Below, in pieces: positions 11,621 through 26,514 of a DNA stretch of 64,000 nucleotides. Source of the stretch: Octopus sinensis (Eukaryota); contig NC_043000.1 of the NCBI RefSeq assembly GCF_006345805.1, forward strand, positions 127,844,001-127,908,000, written 5' to 3'. A program made the translations under genes and the position numbers. The notes under the pieces were generated by a model, which was not told the origin of the DNA, ran no database searches, and saw only the letters and a program-made list of their open reading frames with translations. Each line of letters starts with the position of its first letter. Position 1 is the stretch's first letter.

Positions 11621-14600
11621 TTCAATGATTGATGGATGTATCACTGAAGATGCATTTATATTTCAACACACAGGTATCAACAAAAAAAAAAAAGGTTCTT
11701 TTGCTTTATTATCAAACCCTTTTGTGTGCTACTCAGAAAGATTCCCTTCAGCAATATTCACCAATTACAATCTTCGCCATCATTAAATTCTTCCTTAAAT
11801 CCATGGAATATGTCCAAAACTTAGAGCCGGTATATCTCATTACATCACATTGAGCTGGATATTAATTCAAGTGATTTAAGAAGGTTTCTTTAAAATCGAC
11901 TCAAGACAGTATTCTCTTTGATGATGATGGTGGTGGTGGCAGCAGAGGTTATGGCAGTGGTGTTACTTCCATTATCAGAGTCAGAGAACAGTGTCGACAG
12001 TGATGGTGATGATAAACCCAATGTAGACAGACAATGTTATCTGCCCAACTAATGCAATGATAACCACTCTAATAAAGCTAAGCTGATTCTTACTTCAGCA
12101 ATACATTTACTAAGAGAGCTGTTATCTGTTGCATTGAAATCAGGTGGAGGAGACATTCCTTATAATTCCTCACAGTTCTTTTGGCAGAATACATTAACAC
12201 GAGAGAGTATGGAGACGGTTTATGAGCAAGAGATGTGAATTGTGTTTTATGAGTTCACTGTTTGGTTAGAATGAAAATATGTATAAACGAAAGAGAGAGA
12301 GAGAGAGAGAGAGAGTGTGTGTGTGTGTACATAGTTTTGTATGATTATGAGTTTGCTATATAGCATGATTGACTGTGTGTGTGTGATGATAATGATGTTA
12401 CATACATATCACCATAACATCTCATCACCATTTTACATCTGCTTTCTATGAAGGCATGGGTTGGACGGACACACACATCTGTGTGTGCATTAGGCTTGTG
12501 AGTGTAATGATTGTGCACACTAAAATGAGGATATAATTATCACTATGAATGATAAACAGAAAGGAGGAAGAGAGAGAAGTAAACACTCATTCAATAGGTT
12601 TTCAAGTGTTAAACAGTGTCCAACTTGTTATAATAATGTGTCTCTTATATGTCTATAATGAAGATGTTGATTAAACCAGCAGTGAGAAAAGAGGGAGTTT
12701 AGAAGATACCATAGGTAAATAATTGAAAACTATTCTTACATCACCACTACCATTACTATAGAACTAACCAGAAAAAAAAAAGAAAACCCGGTTTAAAATG
12801 GTGGAAATAATTACATAAGAGTTTTTAAATGCTTTTCATGATTCCTGGAAGAATAATATATTTATAGATAAAAATAATTAAATACTGATGGCAATTATGA
12901 TCTTGAGTTTAGATTTAGAATGTCTCTTTCACTCTTTTCTTTCCTCTTACACAGGCAAACTTTTTCATAATTTAAAACCACATATCCTGGTCCTGTCATA
13001 TAACGACCCAAAACACTTAGATTTCCTAATGTAGATTTTGATTAACAATTAACAAATTACGGAACCTTTTCATGCTTCAGCCTCCAAGGAGGACTTATCC
13101 TGTAGTCTTGTAGCCAGTTATTTCTTGCAGTAATATTAGTTTCAAATTTTAGCACAAAGCCAGCAATTTTTGGTGGGGTGGTGAGTGGGAGTCAATTATA
13201 TCAACCCCAGTGCTCAACTGGTGCTTATTCTATTGCCCCCTAAAGGATGAAAAGCAAAGCCAACTTCAGGGGAATTTGAACTCCCACCCATGCCAGCATG
13301 GAAGGCGGCCGTTAAATGATGATGATGATAATGAATACACAAATGGACAAGATGCTGCAAAGCATTTTGCCTGTCATGCTAGTGACTCTGCCAGCTTCTT
13401 GCAGTAATATTGTGATCAATTCCTCCTCACTCAAACCCAGCCCTACCACAAAATGACTGTCTCCTTGTAGAAGTCCCTGAGTTATTGAGACACAGCAGCC
13501 TATTTGCTATTTCCTATCAACAAATGGTTCCATTTCTATTTCTATTTATCTATCATCTGTTTTATGAAAGCAGCATGTATGCCCAAACAAACAAACACAT
13601 ACACACTATGGCAGTGCATCTTTTAATAATATGCCATTTACATGCATGATCTAATCATAATATAAGACTGTCTTTATATGGTTGTTCAACCTGCGAGAAA
13701 CAGCAGCAAAATCTCACCCAAATTACACCCTACTTTCTTCAAAAAAGAAAGATATATTGGGTAATGTGATCCTAGGTATGCTTTCTGAAAAAACAAAAAC
13801 AAAAGCAAAAAACTTCATGGTCACATTTGGAATACCTTTGATTATAGAACTGCTTGATTTAGACAATGAACAATCATCATTTCTTTGATAGTTGCATTTC
13901 AGTGGCAATTTCCGACTTGATCTGCAGTGCATTTCTCTCACAGAAGAATAGGTGTACTGCACTAAAGGATACCTGCACATAACAGCAACTCAGGCAGGCC
14001 TCTCCAAGTACCAAACAACATTCCCATTTAAATCTTGTATCAGAACTTAAGAGAAAAAAAAGTAACTGACCTAGAAGTCAATAAAGTTTTCTAATTTGGA
14101 AAATAGAACAGGTTGACCCAGTACTGTACAATTCGGCAATACACATGGATTAATAACCTATTCTTTACATTATAAGACCAGCTTGTTTCCAGCTGACTAT
14201 CTTAACTTCTTCCACCATCAATGCCTAGCTAGCACAGGCTTGTTTAACCTATATCTTAGTCTCTTACACTTTTGACAGTCTTTAATGATTGCTTGGCTAT
14301 TATGCCTGTGTCTGACAATGTTGGTGTTGAGGTTTTCTTTTTTCTATTTGCTAGCCCAGAACTCCACTAACTAGTCTGGTCTCAAACCACTTAAATGGGC
14401 GACAGCTGTTGTCCTATGTTATGGACCACTTTTATTTTGAGTAAACAAGCTGTTACTTTACTAACTTTAGTTGTATATTTTCTATAACGCAATTGATTCA
14501 GCTAACAATTTCTTCCTTATTTACTTGCAAATCCTGAACTATTAATAGCTTGTACTATGCAGATATCTTTAAATCATTCAAAATTCCAAGTTATTATAAT

Positions 14601-17600
14601 TCATTATGTCTATACAAGCCATTCACTGCCCTTCAACTCTTCATTCTGTCCTTTGATTTATATTTTCATTTATTACAATCTTCATTCTTGTCTTTTATAT
14701 CTATATTCCTTACCCTAGCTACAGTCCTTCCCATTACACAAACTAAATTACTTATAAATCTCCATATTGTCTACTTTTATTAAATAGCATTGTAGTTATT
14801 GATTACATCAAGTAAAGAATGTTTGAGACAGATTTGGTTTGATAAGTGCCATGCACAAAATTCTTGACCCTTAAGTCACTTGGTAACTTTTGGGTACCTT
14901 ATTGCCATTGTCTATGTCTTGCAGCTCCTAATTGTTTTCTCTTTTCCCCCTCACCCACCCATTTTCTCCAACTAAATGTGAGTAGCCATGCAGATCCCTC
15001 TGTAGGAATGTGCTGTCCCTTGACTCCAAAGTATCCCTTCATTCCCTAGAATGAAGCTGACCACCACCACCCCACCTCTCACAGGGCTTGTAGTTCTGCA
15101 AGCTGATCTCTATATTGCAGAGGGAACAAAAAAAGGACGCAGATGTAAAGTGGTTGAGGTTAGGAAGGGCATCCAACAATTGAAATAAAAAAGAACTATG
15201 CCAAGGCAGACATTGGAGCTTGATGAAGTCCTTGGGCATATTGGAGCCCGTAAAATTGTCCAACCCATGCCAGAATGAAACATGGACATTAAATGATGCA
15301 GACAGACAGTTGTCAAGCAGTGGTGGAAGACAAACACATAAACAAATGAACTACTGTTGGATGAAACCACAACAAGCTGGCTTATCTGTCCTTGTTCTCA
15401 ATCTACAATGTGTGTGTGTGTGTGCCAGTGAAAGATATACACAATAGTGAGAAATTGCTAATAAATCATTGTACTAAAAAAAAAAAAGTACCGATACCCT
15501 GTGGTATTTCATCCTCCCCAGTCAGCAAGCACAGACATGCCACTTGTCATTGGATAATTGCAGTGAACCAAAGATTGGAACACTGAAAATCTATAACCAA
15601 TGATGTTCTTTATTCACAGAAACCTGATGTTAAAAAACTAAATAAAACAAGTACTTTGTGAATTTAATTAATTGTGCTTTCCCCAAAAAATATGGAGACT
15701 TTGTACCAATGTTTGAACTCAATTTTTTATTGACACAATGTGAGAATTTTGCATTGTAACAAGAATAATAATGTAAAATTGTTAAATTAATTAGTGAACA
15801 TAATTAGAAGGACGACTTTTAATAAAGCAATATTTGTTCACTCTCAATTATACTTTCTACTTTGTTTAAAAATATAAGCATGCATTTGCTATCCAATCTC
15901 AGGTTAATTAAATAAATTTTTGTTCAATTTAATTATTGAAATTGTGTTTTAAATCATATAATTCCTGTTTCATTTGCTTTTTAATTATTTTGGTCTTTTT
16001 ATTTTCTGTATTTTTATTAATTTAATTTTAGAAAGAAAATGGTAGAGTGACAAAGGAGTTAGACTACGGGATTTTGTATAGTAAGATGACATCCACTACA
16101 AAAGTTTAATAGTTTCCTTGAGCAGTTTATCATCACACTCAATATCATCTTTTAATGTCCACTTTTCCATGCTTGTATGGGTTGGATAGAATACTTGGAG
16201 ATTTTTTTTTACAGCCAGATACCCTTCCTGTTACCAACCCTTATCTGTTTCCAAGCAAGGCAACATTTCCTCCTCAGTAGATAGGTTTTCATGAAAGACT
16301 GAATTAAAGGACACCGCTTACATAATGGCAATGCTTGTTTACAGTAATTGAATGATATCAAAGCAAGGACACACACAAACTGATCAAACAACAGAATGTA
16401 ATTCACATCAAGTAGACATTTAGCACACACACACACTTTATTTATGGGTTGAGGTTACCAATGGTTCCATGCAGAGAGAAATCACTTGACAATTATCAAA
16501 CCTGCCACATGGGGATGTTGGTACTCATTTCCATTTTGGATATGCCTAGGTATACTCCAAAGATTCAGCTCCCAGATGTGCCTTATGGCACTGTTTAGTT
16601 GCACATCATTTTAGTCATTTTACTACATCTTCTAAGTATGGTGCAATTGTTATTAAGGTTTTGAAGGAAAATCCTTAGGTATAATAATACTTAGTTATAG
16701 TTGATGTCCTTAGGTGTTGCTAGCAAAAGAGAAAAGGTGTTGCTGTTGTTTTGCCCAAGGTCAAGCTCAGAGTTGACTGCTGATCAATGACATTCCAGCC
16801 ATGAACTTCTATTCTATTTTTACAAACAGTGTATCTAGGACTACATTATTTAATGTGCCCTCTAAGATGGCAGCATGTGGTTTATGAAATATTTGGCAAG
16901 TGCTAGGGGACTGTCTTTGACTTGCTAGACTGAAGGGATTTGGAAGGTGCTAATTATAGCCTATTCTTACTCAGTTTCTAAGTATTTGATGTAGGATTTG
17001 ATAGCTGAAGTGTAGATACACCTGGGTAATAATTAAAGGAAGTATCCATGATGTTATCTGAGTATGAAGCTATGTATATGGCTTATGGGGTTTAGGGAGA
17101 AAGTAATGGGTCTATAATGTCACGTTTCTAACAGAGATTAGAAGGCTTTTACTAATTTAAACATTTGCACAATTAGCTGAAAGAAAACTGTTTTAGTATC
17201 TGCAAATCATTCAACTTTTGAAAAGGGGATTGTAAATATTTGTGATAAGTTGACAATGGCTTACTTAAGGGTTCAAAGCAATGTCTTTCTGGATTAGTAA
17301 TTCATTCAGTACACAAATCATTCTGCCAAAAACACTTAAGTTAGAATCAAGTATCTAGGACAGTAATTGTTGATGGCCTGAAACAAGAATAGACTAATAG
17401 CTAAGTTGAATGTACAACAGCATGTCTATACTTGACCAAGTCCATTTATAACTTAAATTTACAACCATCTTCAATTAGGTTAATTAAATTACAAAATAAT
17501 TTTCAATTACAGGAATGCGAAAACAAAATGAGAGCCACAATTGACCAAGTAGTAAAAATTTCACTGCTAACTAAAAGGTTCACAGTTCAAATACCCTCCC

Positions 17601-18578
17601 AAACATTGTTCAAGTCCCTAGCAAAATTAGTTAATCTTCAAAGATCAATTCTACCAAGATATAAATACACAACATCAATGTGTACAACTGTATATTGTAT
17701 ATGTTAAATATGCTAAATAACCAACTAGTTTTGTTGGGTCATACATAAAATTATAATAAGGTTTAATTAAAATCAGGATGTGTTTTGCATCACAGAAAAC
17801 CGGAAATGGTCCTAGACAAGTTGGTATCAAAAAGAGTTAATGCGCAATTAAAACAAGAGTAATGGGAAGAGAGCAAAAAGAAAAGTTGAAACAGAAAATG
17901 TACCTTGGGCAAAATAATAATAATAATATAGTGAGTGAGATATTTTGATCTTAAAGGAGGCAGAGAGACAAAATTCAACATCTGAAGATTAGTAGGAAAT
18001 GGAAGGTATGGTCATGGTTGGAGTATGAGTCATTGATATTAGCAAAAACAAGGAAGAAGTTCCCAGGACATTTTAGTGTTAGTCTTGTTTGTCCATTCTA
18101 GAGTAGAAGAGAAAGTCTTATAAATTTATTTACATGAACTGGTATACTTTTTACAAGACTTGCTTGACTATGCATGGAGAATTTGTCAACAGAGAAAAGA
18201 AATATTTAAAAATAGATGATGTTTCTGGTTGCTGTAAGAAAGTTTACCATGATTACATCATCATTGTCGTTTAACATATGTTTTCCATGCTAGCATGGGT
18301 TGAGCAGTCTGACAGGAGCTGGTAAGGCCAGAATTAATTCACTATAAATATACAACTTTATCAAGAAAACGCGAACACTGAAACTACTGTATTTGATGGC
18401 ATAAAAGACACACAGACAGTAAACACACTACAATTTCAGAAGTTCATATTCAGTTTTAGTTTAGGCCCAACTTTGTATACAGGATTTAGTGAAACATTTT
18501 TTTTTATAAATGTGTGTTTTATATGCCATCAAATATGATAACAAAAAGCTGAAGATAACAATTTAATGAAAAACTTAC

Positions 18579-18641
18579 CCAATAGTCTTGGTTCCACCAC
18601 CACCATACTGAGCAGGGCCTACAGAGATCTTTGTATAGGCT
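18579..18641 (-). CDS. SCFD1: SCFD1 internal coding exon (63 nt): (K)AYTKISVGPAQYGGGGTKTI(G)
   Basis: Acceptor ctctccaatag, donor gtaagt. Phase 2/2 fits both neighbours. Matches human AFTKMASAPASYGSTTTKPMG. Confidence 0.92.
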
Positions 18642-19150
18642 CTATTGGAGAGACAAAATATGTAAAGTTAGACATGAATTTTTACAGAAGAAAAAAATAC
18701 TTGATAAAATAATACTGAAATAATGAATTAAGATCAAATATTAAAAATTAATTAGTTTGATTGAAAAATCAATTATGAAATACAAAACATAGTACTTACT
18801 AAAAAATGAAAGTGATTTGAAAACAAAAAGAAAAACCCCACAAATCAACCAAAGCCTAGTAAATGAAATTTGGTAGATAGAACCCTGTAGAAGCCCATCT
18901 ATTCTTAGGTGGAGGACTTAAACCATCACTCAGTTAAACGCTACCACTTGGCCTTGGGTACTTTGAACAGAGTATACACTATTTCAAGCATTTAAGCAAG
19001 GTTTCTGATTTGAGGATAATTTCTTTTGGCCAGTTTTAGAGGCTCTGAACAGGATCATGCATGCTACACTTCATCCTACCCCTCTTAGAGGACCTGGAAA
19101 GTGTTATAAGGCTTTGCACTTCTAAGTCCCATAAAAAAATAATGGCATAT

Positions 19151-19548
19151 ACTCTTTACTCTTTTACTTGTTTCAGTCATTTGACTGTGGCCATGCTGGA
19201 GCACCGCTTTTAGTCGAGCAAATCGATCCCAGGACTTATTCTGTGTAAGCTTAGTACTTATTCTATCGGTCTCTTTTGCCAAAACGCTAAGTTACGGGGA
19301 CATAAATACACCAGCATCGGTTGTCAAGCAATGTAGGGGGGATAAACACAGACACAAACACACACACATATATATACATATATATGACGGGCTTCTTTCA
19401 GTTTCTGTTTACCAAATCCACTCACAAGGCTTTGGTCAGCCCGAGGCTATAGTAGAAGACACTTGCCCAAGGTGCCACGTAGTGGGACTGAACCCGAAAC
19501 CATGTGGTTGGTAAGCAAGCTACTTACCACACAGCCACTCCTGTGCCT
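19151..19548 (-). mobile_element. Family A tRNA-headed SINE, full length
   Basis: High identity to the other family A copies, CpGs largely retained. Confidence 0.93.
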
Positions 19549-19956
19549 ATGTGGAAGTGGGCGAAATAATGTAAATAACAAAGAAATTTTCGAAAGATAC
19601 AAAATTTTTTTTTTAGTATCTTCTAAGAGTTAAAAAAGTAAATATACAATATAAGCTGCATATTGTGACTGCTGTGGATGGGACAAAGCCTTTTTGGATA
19701 ACAATAACTGACAAATAATGTCACTAATTTTGGAAGCACTAATTGGTTGATAACATTAACCATGGTTATAATGAGCAGATTCCATTGTATCTCATAAATA
19801 AATGGTATTCACAACTAAAAGATGTATTCATAAACAACAGATAGAACAGATGGATGCAATTCATTCTAAAAGCATTGATATCTTATTCTAATATCATCAT
19901 CATCATTTAACATTCATGTCCATGTTGGCATGGGTTTGACTATTTGATAAAAAGGA

Positions 19957-20336
19957 ATCATCATCATCATCATCGTTTAACATCCGCTTTCCATGCTAGC
20001 ATGGGTTGGACGATTTGACTGAGGTCTGGCGAACCAGATAGCTGCACCAGACTCCAATCTGATCTGGCAGAGTTTCTACAGCTGGATGCCTTTCCTAATG
20101 CCAACCACTCTGAGAGTGTAGTGGGTGCTTTTTATGTGCCACCGGCACGAGGGCCATTCAGACAGTACTGGCAATGGCTACGCTCAAATGGTGCTTTTTA
20201 TGTGCCACCTGCACAGCAGCCAGTCCAGCGGCACTGGCAACGATCTCGCTCAAATGTTTTTTCATGTGCCACCAGCACATGTGCTAGTAAGGCGATGCAG
20301 GTAACGATCACGCTCGAATGGTGTTTTTAACATGCC
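19957..20336 (-). mobile_element. Family B SINE with an internal ~65-bp tandem module
   Basis: catcatcatcatcatcgtttaacatccgctttccatgctagc..., then about three copies of ggtgctttttatgtgccacc...cgctcaaat. Confidence 0.88.
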
Positions 20337-22447
20337 AACAAAAGAAATGAATGATAAAGAAAAGAAAATGAACTGTAGAAAATGAACTATTGCAGATAAG
20401 GCATTGGACTACCAGCTTAGGAAGAATATAGTCCATCAGATTCAGTGGAGAGAATTCACTAGAGATCTGTAAGCAAGAAATTAAAAATTCTAATTTTTTC
20501 AGTTTACATATAAAGTGAATTTCTGTGTTTCATGTAATAGTTGGTTTTACTTTATTTTTTATTAATCTGAGAAATTTGCTGAAAGCATCGAGATGGATTT
20601 TATTATTTTAGATCAAAAAAATATGCTATTCTTTGTGTAATTTTGAGAGACATTATACTAATATCAACAATATAATCCCATAACTTCATAGCAATAGCAC
20701 GTTAATGCATGGTTTCTATGAACAAAATATTTGATTTATCTATAATATAATTTCACTAGGAAAAAACAGCGAATAATTACATTCTTCTTATAAATGTTTT
20801 TAAATGCCATTTTTCTTACAAACAAATGAAGGATGTTTGTTCAAATTTGAATATACTGTTTTGATATCAGTTTTTCAATGGTAGCACCAATGGGATGTTG
20901 TATTATTGGAACCCTTTAATAATTCTCATAGTAGTCAACAATCAAACACCCTAACATCACAGTAATGGCTAATGGTGTCTCAAAGTGAATTATCTGAATC
21001 ATTGATGCGAAGGTTTTCATAAAATGGATGACAGTTTGGCTGCCAACCCCTCAACAGTGAAATAGTCATGGTATCTATTTTCCTTTTTGATGATTGATTG
21101 ATTGATGCTCTTCAATCACAGAGACCACAACAGCAAGAACAGTATTTGGAGCTGTGGTCCCAAATATAACTTCACCACTGATTGCAACAAACCTCTGGTT
21201 TCAATATCTTTTTCTGATACTCCTTTAAAAGGGTCATATAACCCCTGGCCTAAATTCAATTAAACCAAAAAATGCATAGATTATTATATAATCATCAGAA
21301 GCAGATTTCAGCTTCAGTACTCCACTTAACTAAAAACATACCAAGGAAAAATTATGGAAGTATTCCATTATGCTATAATTAAGAGCAAACATCGTTTCAT
21401 TAATTATCTAATTTCCTACAACAATTTCTGCACTAGTGCCTCTACTAATGCAATAAGGAAATTACTATTAGAAAATTTGTTATAAGAATAAAATATTAGT
21501 AGACTAAATAACAATCACTTATGACTTCTATATGAGCTGCATATGTGTGTGTTTGGATGTAAGTATTCAGAATAAAGAGATGCAGGGCAGCAGATAGGAT
21601 GAAAATAAGTCTGATATTGGGCAATTAGTGTTATGCCTGGAGAGCTAATTAAATTATAATTTTCACTAATTATTAAATCTTTTAGTTTTTGTTTTAGTCA
21701 TTGGACAGCAGCCAGGCTGTGTATCTCCTTGAAGGGTTTAATCAAACAAATTGTCCCCCAGTACTTATTGTTTTAAAATCTAATACATATTCTATCAGTT
21801 TCTTTTGCTGAATCACTAAACCATGGAGTTGTCAAACAAATCAACAGCAGTTGTCAAATGATGATTGTGGACCAACACAAATATACACATACAATCACCA
21901 TTATCACCATTTAACATCTGTTCTCTTTGCTGGTATGGATTGGACAGTTTGACAGGAGAAAGTGAGCAAGAGGTCTGTGCCAAGCTCCAATATCTGCTTT
22001 AACATATTTTTTATGGTTGGACATCCTTAATGCCAATCAATTTACAGAGTGCACTTGTTTTGTGTGTGTATATATATATATACATACATACACACACACA
22101 CAAGTCCCAGGCTCAGCTGGCTCCATCTGACAGTACCCGGTATGGGCCCTTATCCAGGGTTACGGAAAGAAGACAACCTTCAAAGAAATCCAGAGTGGAT
22201 CCCCGTAGGCAGTTTAGTGTTCGACTCGACACTTTTCCGGCAGCTCCTGCAACCAAGCTGGTGCCAAACATAATGCTCTACATTAGCAAGGTCGAGAGAG
22301 GAATCCTGACAAGTGAGCTAACCAGGATTTTCTTACATTTAGCCCAGCCCTGTGCAAAACTGGAGAGGACATGAAATGTAAAAACTGGATTAGTTAATGC
22401 ACAACTCCATTGTCTCCCAAGACAAAAGGATGCCAACAACAAAAACA

Positions 22448-22895
22448 TATATATATGGTGGCATGGGTTGGATGGTCTGATGGAGCTGGTTAGCAGGGAG
22501 CTGTCCAGACTCCAACTGTCTGTTGTGACATGGTTTCTATGGTTGGATGCCCTTCCTAATGGCAACCACTTAACAGTGGAGTGGTTGGTGTTAGGAAGGG
22601 TATCCAGCTGTAGAAACCATACCAAACCAGACAGGAATTGGTGCAGCTCTCCAGTTTATCAATTTAAGTCAAACCGTCCAACCCATGCCAGCATGGAAAG
22701 TGGATATTAAATGATGATGATGATATATCGGTGCCACATAAAAAGTACCCAGCACACACTATTAAGTGGTTGGCATTAGGAAGGACATCCAGCCATAGAA
22801 ACCATGCCACAACAGACAACTGGAGTCTGAACAGCTCCCTGCTAGGTAGCTCCATGTCAAACCATCTAACCCATACCAGCATGGAAAGCTAATGT
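22448..22895. mobile_element. Cluster of three family B SINE fragments (-, +, +)
   Basis: 22450-22570 is the reverse complement of both 22580-22720 and 22750-22890. Confidence 0.8.
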
Positions 22896-23999
22896 AAAAC
22901 AATGATTATATATTACATACACACACACACACTCACTAGGCTTCCACACAGTTTCCATCTACTAAATTCACTCATAAGCAATTGTCGACTCCAGATTCAT
23001 AGTAGAAGACACTTACCTAAGAAGCCATGCAGTGGAACTGAACCTGAAGCCACATGGTTGCAATGCAGCCATTTCCCTCAATAGTCAGCAATCAAAGTTT
23101 AGTTGGGGGCAGCCATGCCAAACAAGGCTGAAACTTATACAGGTGTTGGGGTGGGGGATATAAGTTTTCAAGTCTTTGTCAAAATTCGGAAATGTCTTTA
23201 ACACATCACACTATTTCAGGAGACAGTATTATAAACATTATAAACATACAAGCATGCACTGGCATGTTTTAAAGTACAAGGTTGAATATCATACAATCCA
23301 TAAGGTCAGTGGGGGACCATAAAAGATTTTAATGTTCAAGTAGTGATTACAAAGAATCTACACTCATTGCCTTCACATGAATCATCGGCAGATTTAAAAC
23401 TGGTAACAAAATTTAATCCTGAGCAAATAGGGGAGCCTCTATTAAGATGATCAATCCACTAGAAATAGCAAGAAATCTTCACTCAAGTCACACCCTACTG
23501 TCTTTAAAACAAAACAAGGCATTTTGGTATGTGTGCACATGAAGATATGGTATGAATATTTAAGTGTATGCATGTATGTGTATACACATACACACCAGCA
23601 TCATTGTTTTAACATCCACATTTTCCATATTTGCATGGGTCTGACAGAGTTTATTGAGGAAGATTTTCTACAGATGGATGCCCTTCCTATCACCAACTCT
23701 CACCTGTTTCCAAGCAAGGTAATATTTAACCATGGCTGGACATGCTTTCACAGAATACTGGAAATGAATGACACTGCTTGTGTGATGGAGAGAGACACAT
23801 CACATGATGTCAAAACAAGCATTCACACATATACTGCAAGCTTTCTTCATTTTCCATCTACCAAATTCATTCAAAAGGCTTTGGTCAGTCTAGGGCTATT
23901 ATGGAAGACACCTGCCCAAGGTTCCATGCAGTGGACCAGAGCCAGGAATTATTTGGTTGGTAAGCCAACTTCTTAACCATACTGCAGCCATGCATATGA

Positions 24000-24755
24000 G
24001 GTGTGTGTGTGTGTATGTGTGTGCGTATATGTGTGCGTGTGTGTGTGCGTGTGTGTGTACGTGTGCGTGCGTGCGTGCGTGCGTGCGCGTGTGTGTGTAC
24101 GTGTCTGTACGTGTGTCTATGTGTACGTGTGTCTATGTGTACGTGTGTCTATGTGTACGTGTGTCTATGTGTACGTGTGTCTATGTGTACGTGTGTCTAT
24201 GTGTACGTGTGTCTATGTGTACGTGTGTCTATGTGTACGTGTGTCTATGTGTACGTGTGTCTATGTGTACGTGTGTCTATGTGTATCTGTGTCTATGTGT
24301 ATCTGTGTCTATGTGTATCTGTGTCTATGTGTATCTGTGTCTATGTGTATCTGTATCTATGTGTATCTGTGTCTATGTGTATCTGTGTCTATGTGTATCT
24401 GTGTCTATGTGTATCTGTGTCTATGTGTATCTGTGTCTATGTGTATCTGTGTCTATGTGTATCTGTGTCTATGTGTATCTGTGTCTATGTGTATCTGTGT
24501 CTATGTGTATCTGTGTCTATGTGTATCTGTGTCTATGTGTATCTGTGTCTATGTGTATCTGTGTCTATGTGTATCTGTGTCTATGTGTATCTGTGTCTAT
24601 GTGTATCTGTGTCTATGTGTATCTGTGTCTATGTGTATCTGTGTCTATGTGTATCTGTGTCTATGTGTATCTGTGTCTATGTGTATCTGTGTCTATGTGT
24701 GTCTATGTGTATGTGTGTGTGTGTGTGTGTGTGTATGTGTGTGTATGTGCGCGTG
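24000..24755. repeat. GT-rich 16-bp minisatellite in two homogeneous blocks
   Basis: (gtgtctatgtgtacgt)n about 24112-24270, then (gtgtctatgtgtatct)n about 24272-24690. Source of ORFs 23957-24829, 24001-24801 and 24003-24794. Confidence 0.95.
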
Positions 24756-25299
24756 CATGCGGGCAAAAAAATATCAGCAACAACATCATTTTAGCATATG
24801 ATTTTGCTTTTCCATGCTTGCATGGCTGAGACAAAATTTGGTGGCAGTTTTGTTTTTCAACAGCCAGTTGCTCTTCCTGTCACCAACCTTCACCTGTTTT
24901 CAAGCAAGTAGATTATTCTCCTGGCTCTTCAAATATGAACAGCACAATAACCAAACATACTTTCACAGAAGATTGCAAACAAATGATAATGCTTTGCATG
25001 ATGATAATGTTTGTTTACAATTACCATGCAATATCAACACCAGGAGACATCAACACACACACATATGTGTGTGTGTGTATGAAGGACAAGCCTTATACAG
25101 TTCCTGTTTTGCCAAGTCCACTCATAAGCCTATGATTGGCCCAGAGCTATAAAAGACAATTGCCCAAGATGCTGTACAGTAGGACTGAACCCCAAACCAT
25201 TAGGTTGTGAAACTAACTTCTTAACCATACAGCTACATGTGTGAGTGTGTGTGTGGCAATACACTTACACGAATATACAAATACATACATATATATATA

Positions 25300-25530
25300 T
25301 TTCTTTACTACCCACAATGGGCTAAACACAGAGGGGACAAACAAGGACAGACGAACGGATTAAGTCAATTACATCAACCCCCAGTGCGTAACTGGTACTT
25401 AATTTATTGACCACGAAAGGATGAAAGGCAAAGTCGACCACGGCGGAATTTGAATTCAGAACGTAACGGTGGACGAAGTACGGCTACGCATTTCACCCGG
25501 CATGCTAACGTTTCTGCCAGCTCACCGCCT
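25300..25530 (-). mobile_element. Family C tRNA-headed SINE, full length
   Basis: tttctttactacccacaa...gaaaggatgaaaggcaaagtcgacc...gaatttgaattcagaacg...gccagctcaccgcctt. B-box on the minus strand. Confidence 0.88.
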
Positions 25531-25576
25531 TACATATACATATATATATATATATACATATATATATACATACACA

Positions 25577-25607
<31 letters not shown>

Positions 25608-26514
25608 CAAAAACGTGTACATTTATGTCTATATGTATGTGTAGAGATGCATTTTTATATATACATGGAATTTGGTTTATGCTCGTGTTTATATCTGTAA
25701 ATACAAACATATATACACACACACACACACACGTCGGTGTGTGTGTATACATATATATATATGTATTTTATGTAAATACTTATGTTCATATGTATGCGCA
25801 TATGTATATAATTATACAAAACTGGCCTAATACAAAATTATCTTATTTGAACCTCACCAACCAACACCCACCCACCCACCTTACCTTACCCATACTACCA
25901 CTATATGGCTTCTCTCAGATGCACCACTCCCACTAGAAAAGTCACAGTGACCTATGTCTGCATCACTGCACACACATGCACATGCACACTTAGTCTGCCA
26001 TGCTAATCTACTCCTTACACTACCAACGAAATCATATGTGGATTTATTATATAGCATCAATGTGAAAAGTTAAGCTAATTCCTTCCAAAAATGTGTTGGC
26101 ACATGTTTGCCAATGTATAAAGCAGTGCACTCAATATGGCAATTCGTTTTTTTTTTTGTGTGTAAAACTGTTTTGTTCTCTGGAGCATAGAATAGAATTA
26201 TCTAAATGTGTCTACAGAGAAACTTGGCTCCTTCACGCTTAACAAGAGGGACTTAGTATAAAACTTGTCATCGCTTTTTAAAATAGGTGACAGCTCTGAA
26301 GAAGAGGACAATAGGAGTTTGCTCCTCTTTATTTTTTTAAGAAGCTACTTATCCTGCTGTCACCATAGACGTCATCATTCCATTGAAATACTCCTCCCCC
26401 CCTAGTTGTGTGAGGAGAGGGATTGTCGAATATGTGTAAAGGAAAACATTCAGTTTTTAATGTCAACTTAAAGGAGAAACAAATTAATGTACTAAAATAT
26501 TATAATCTTTTTTT

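Noticed and set aside
26296-26335. Hammerhead-like CTGAAGA plus AGAGGA/TCCTCT stem
   Set aside because: No GAAA after stem II and no stem I or III.
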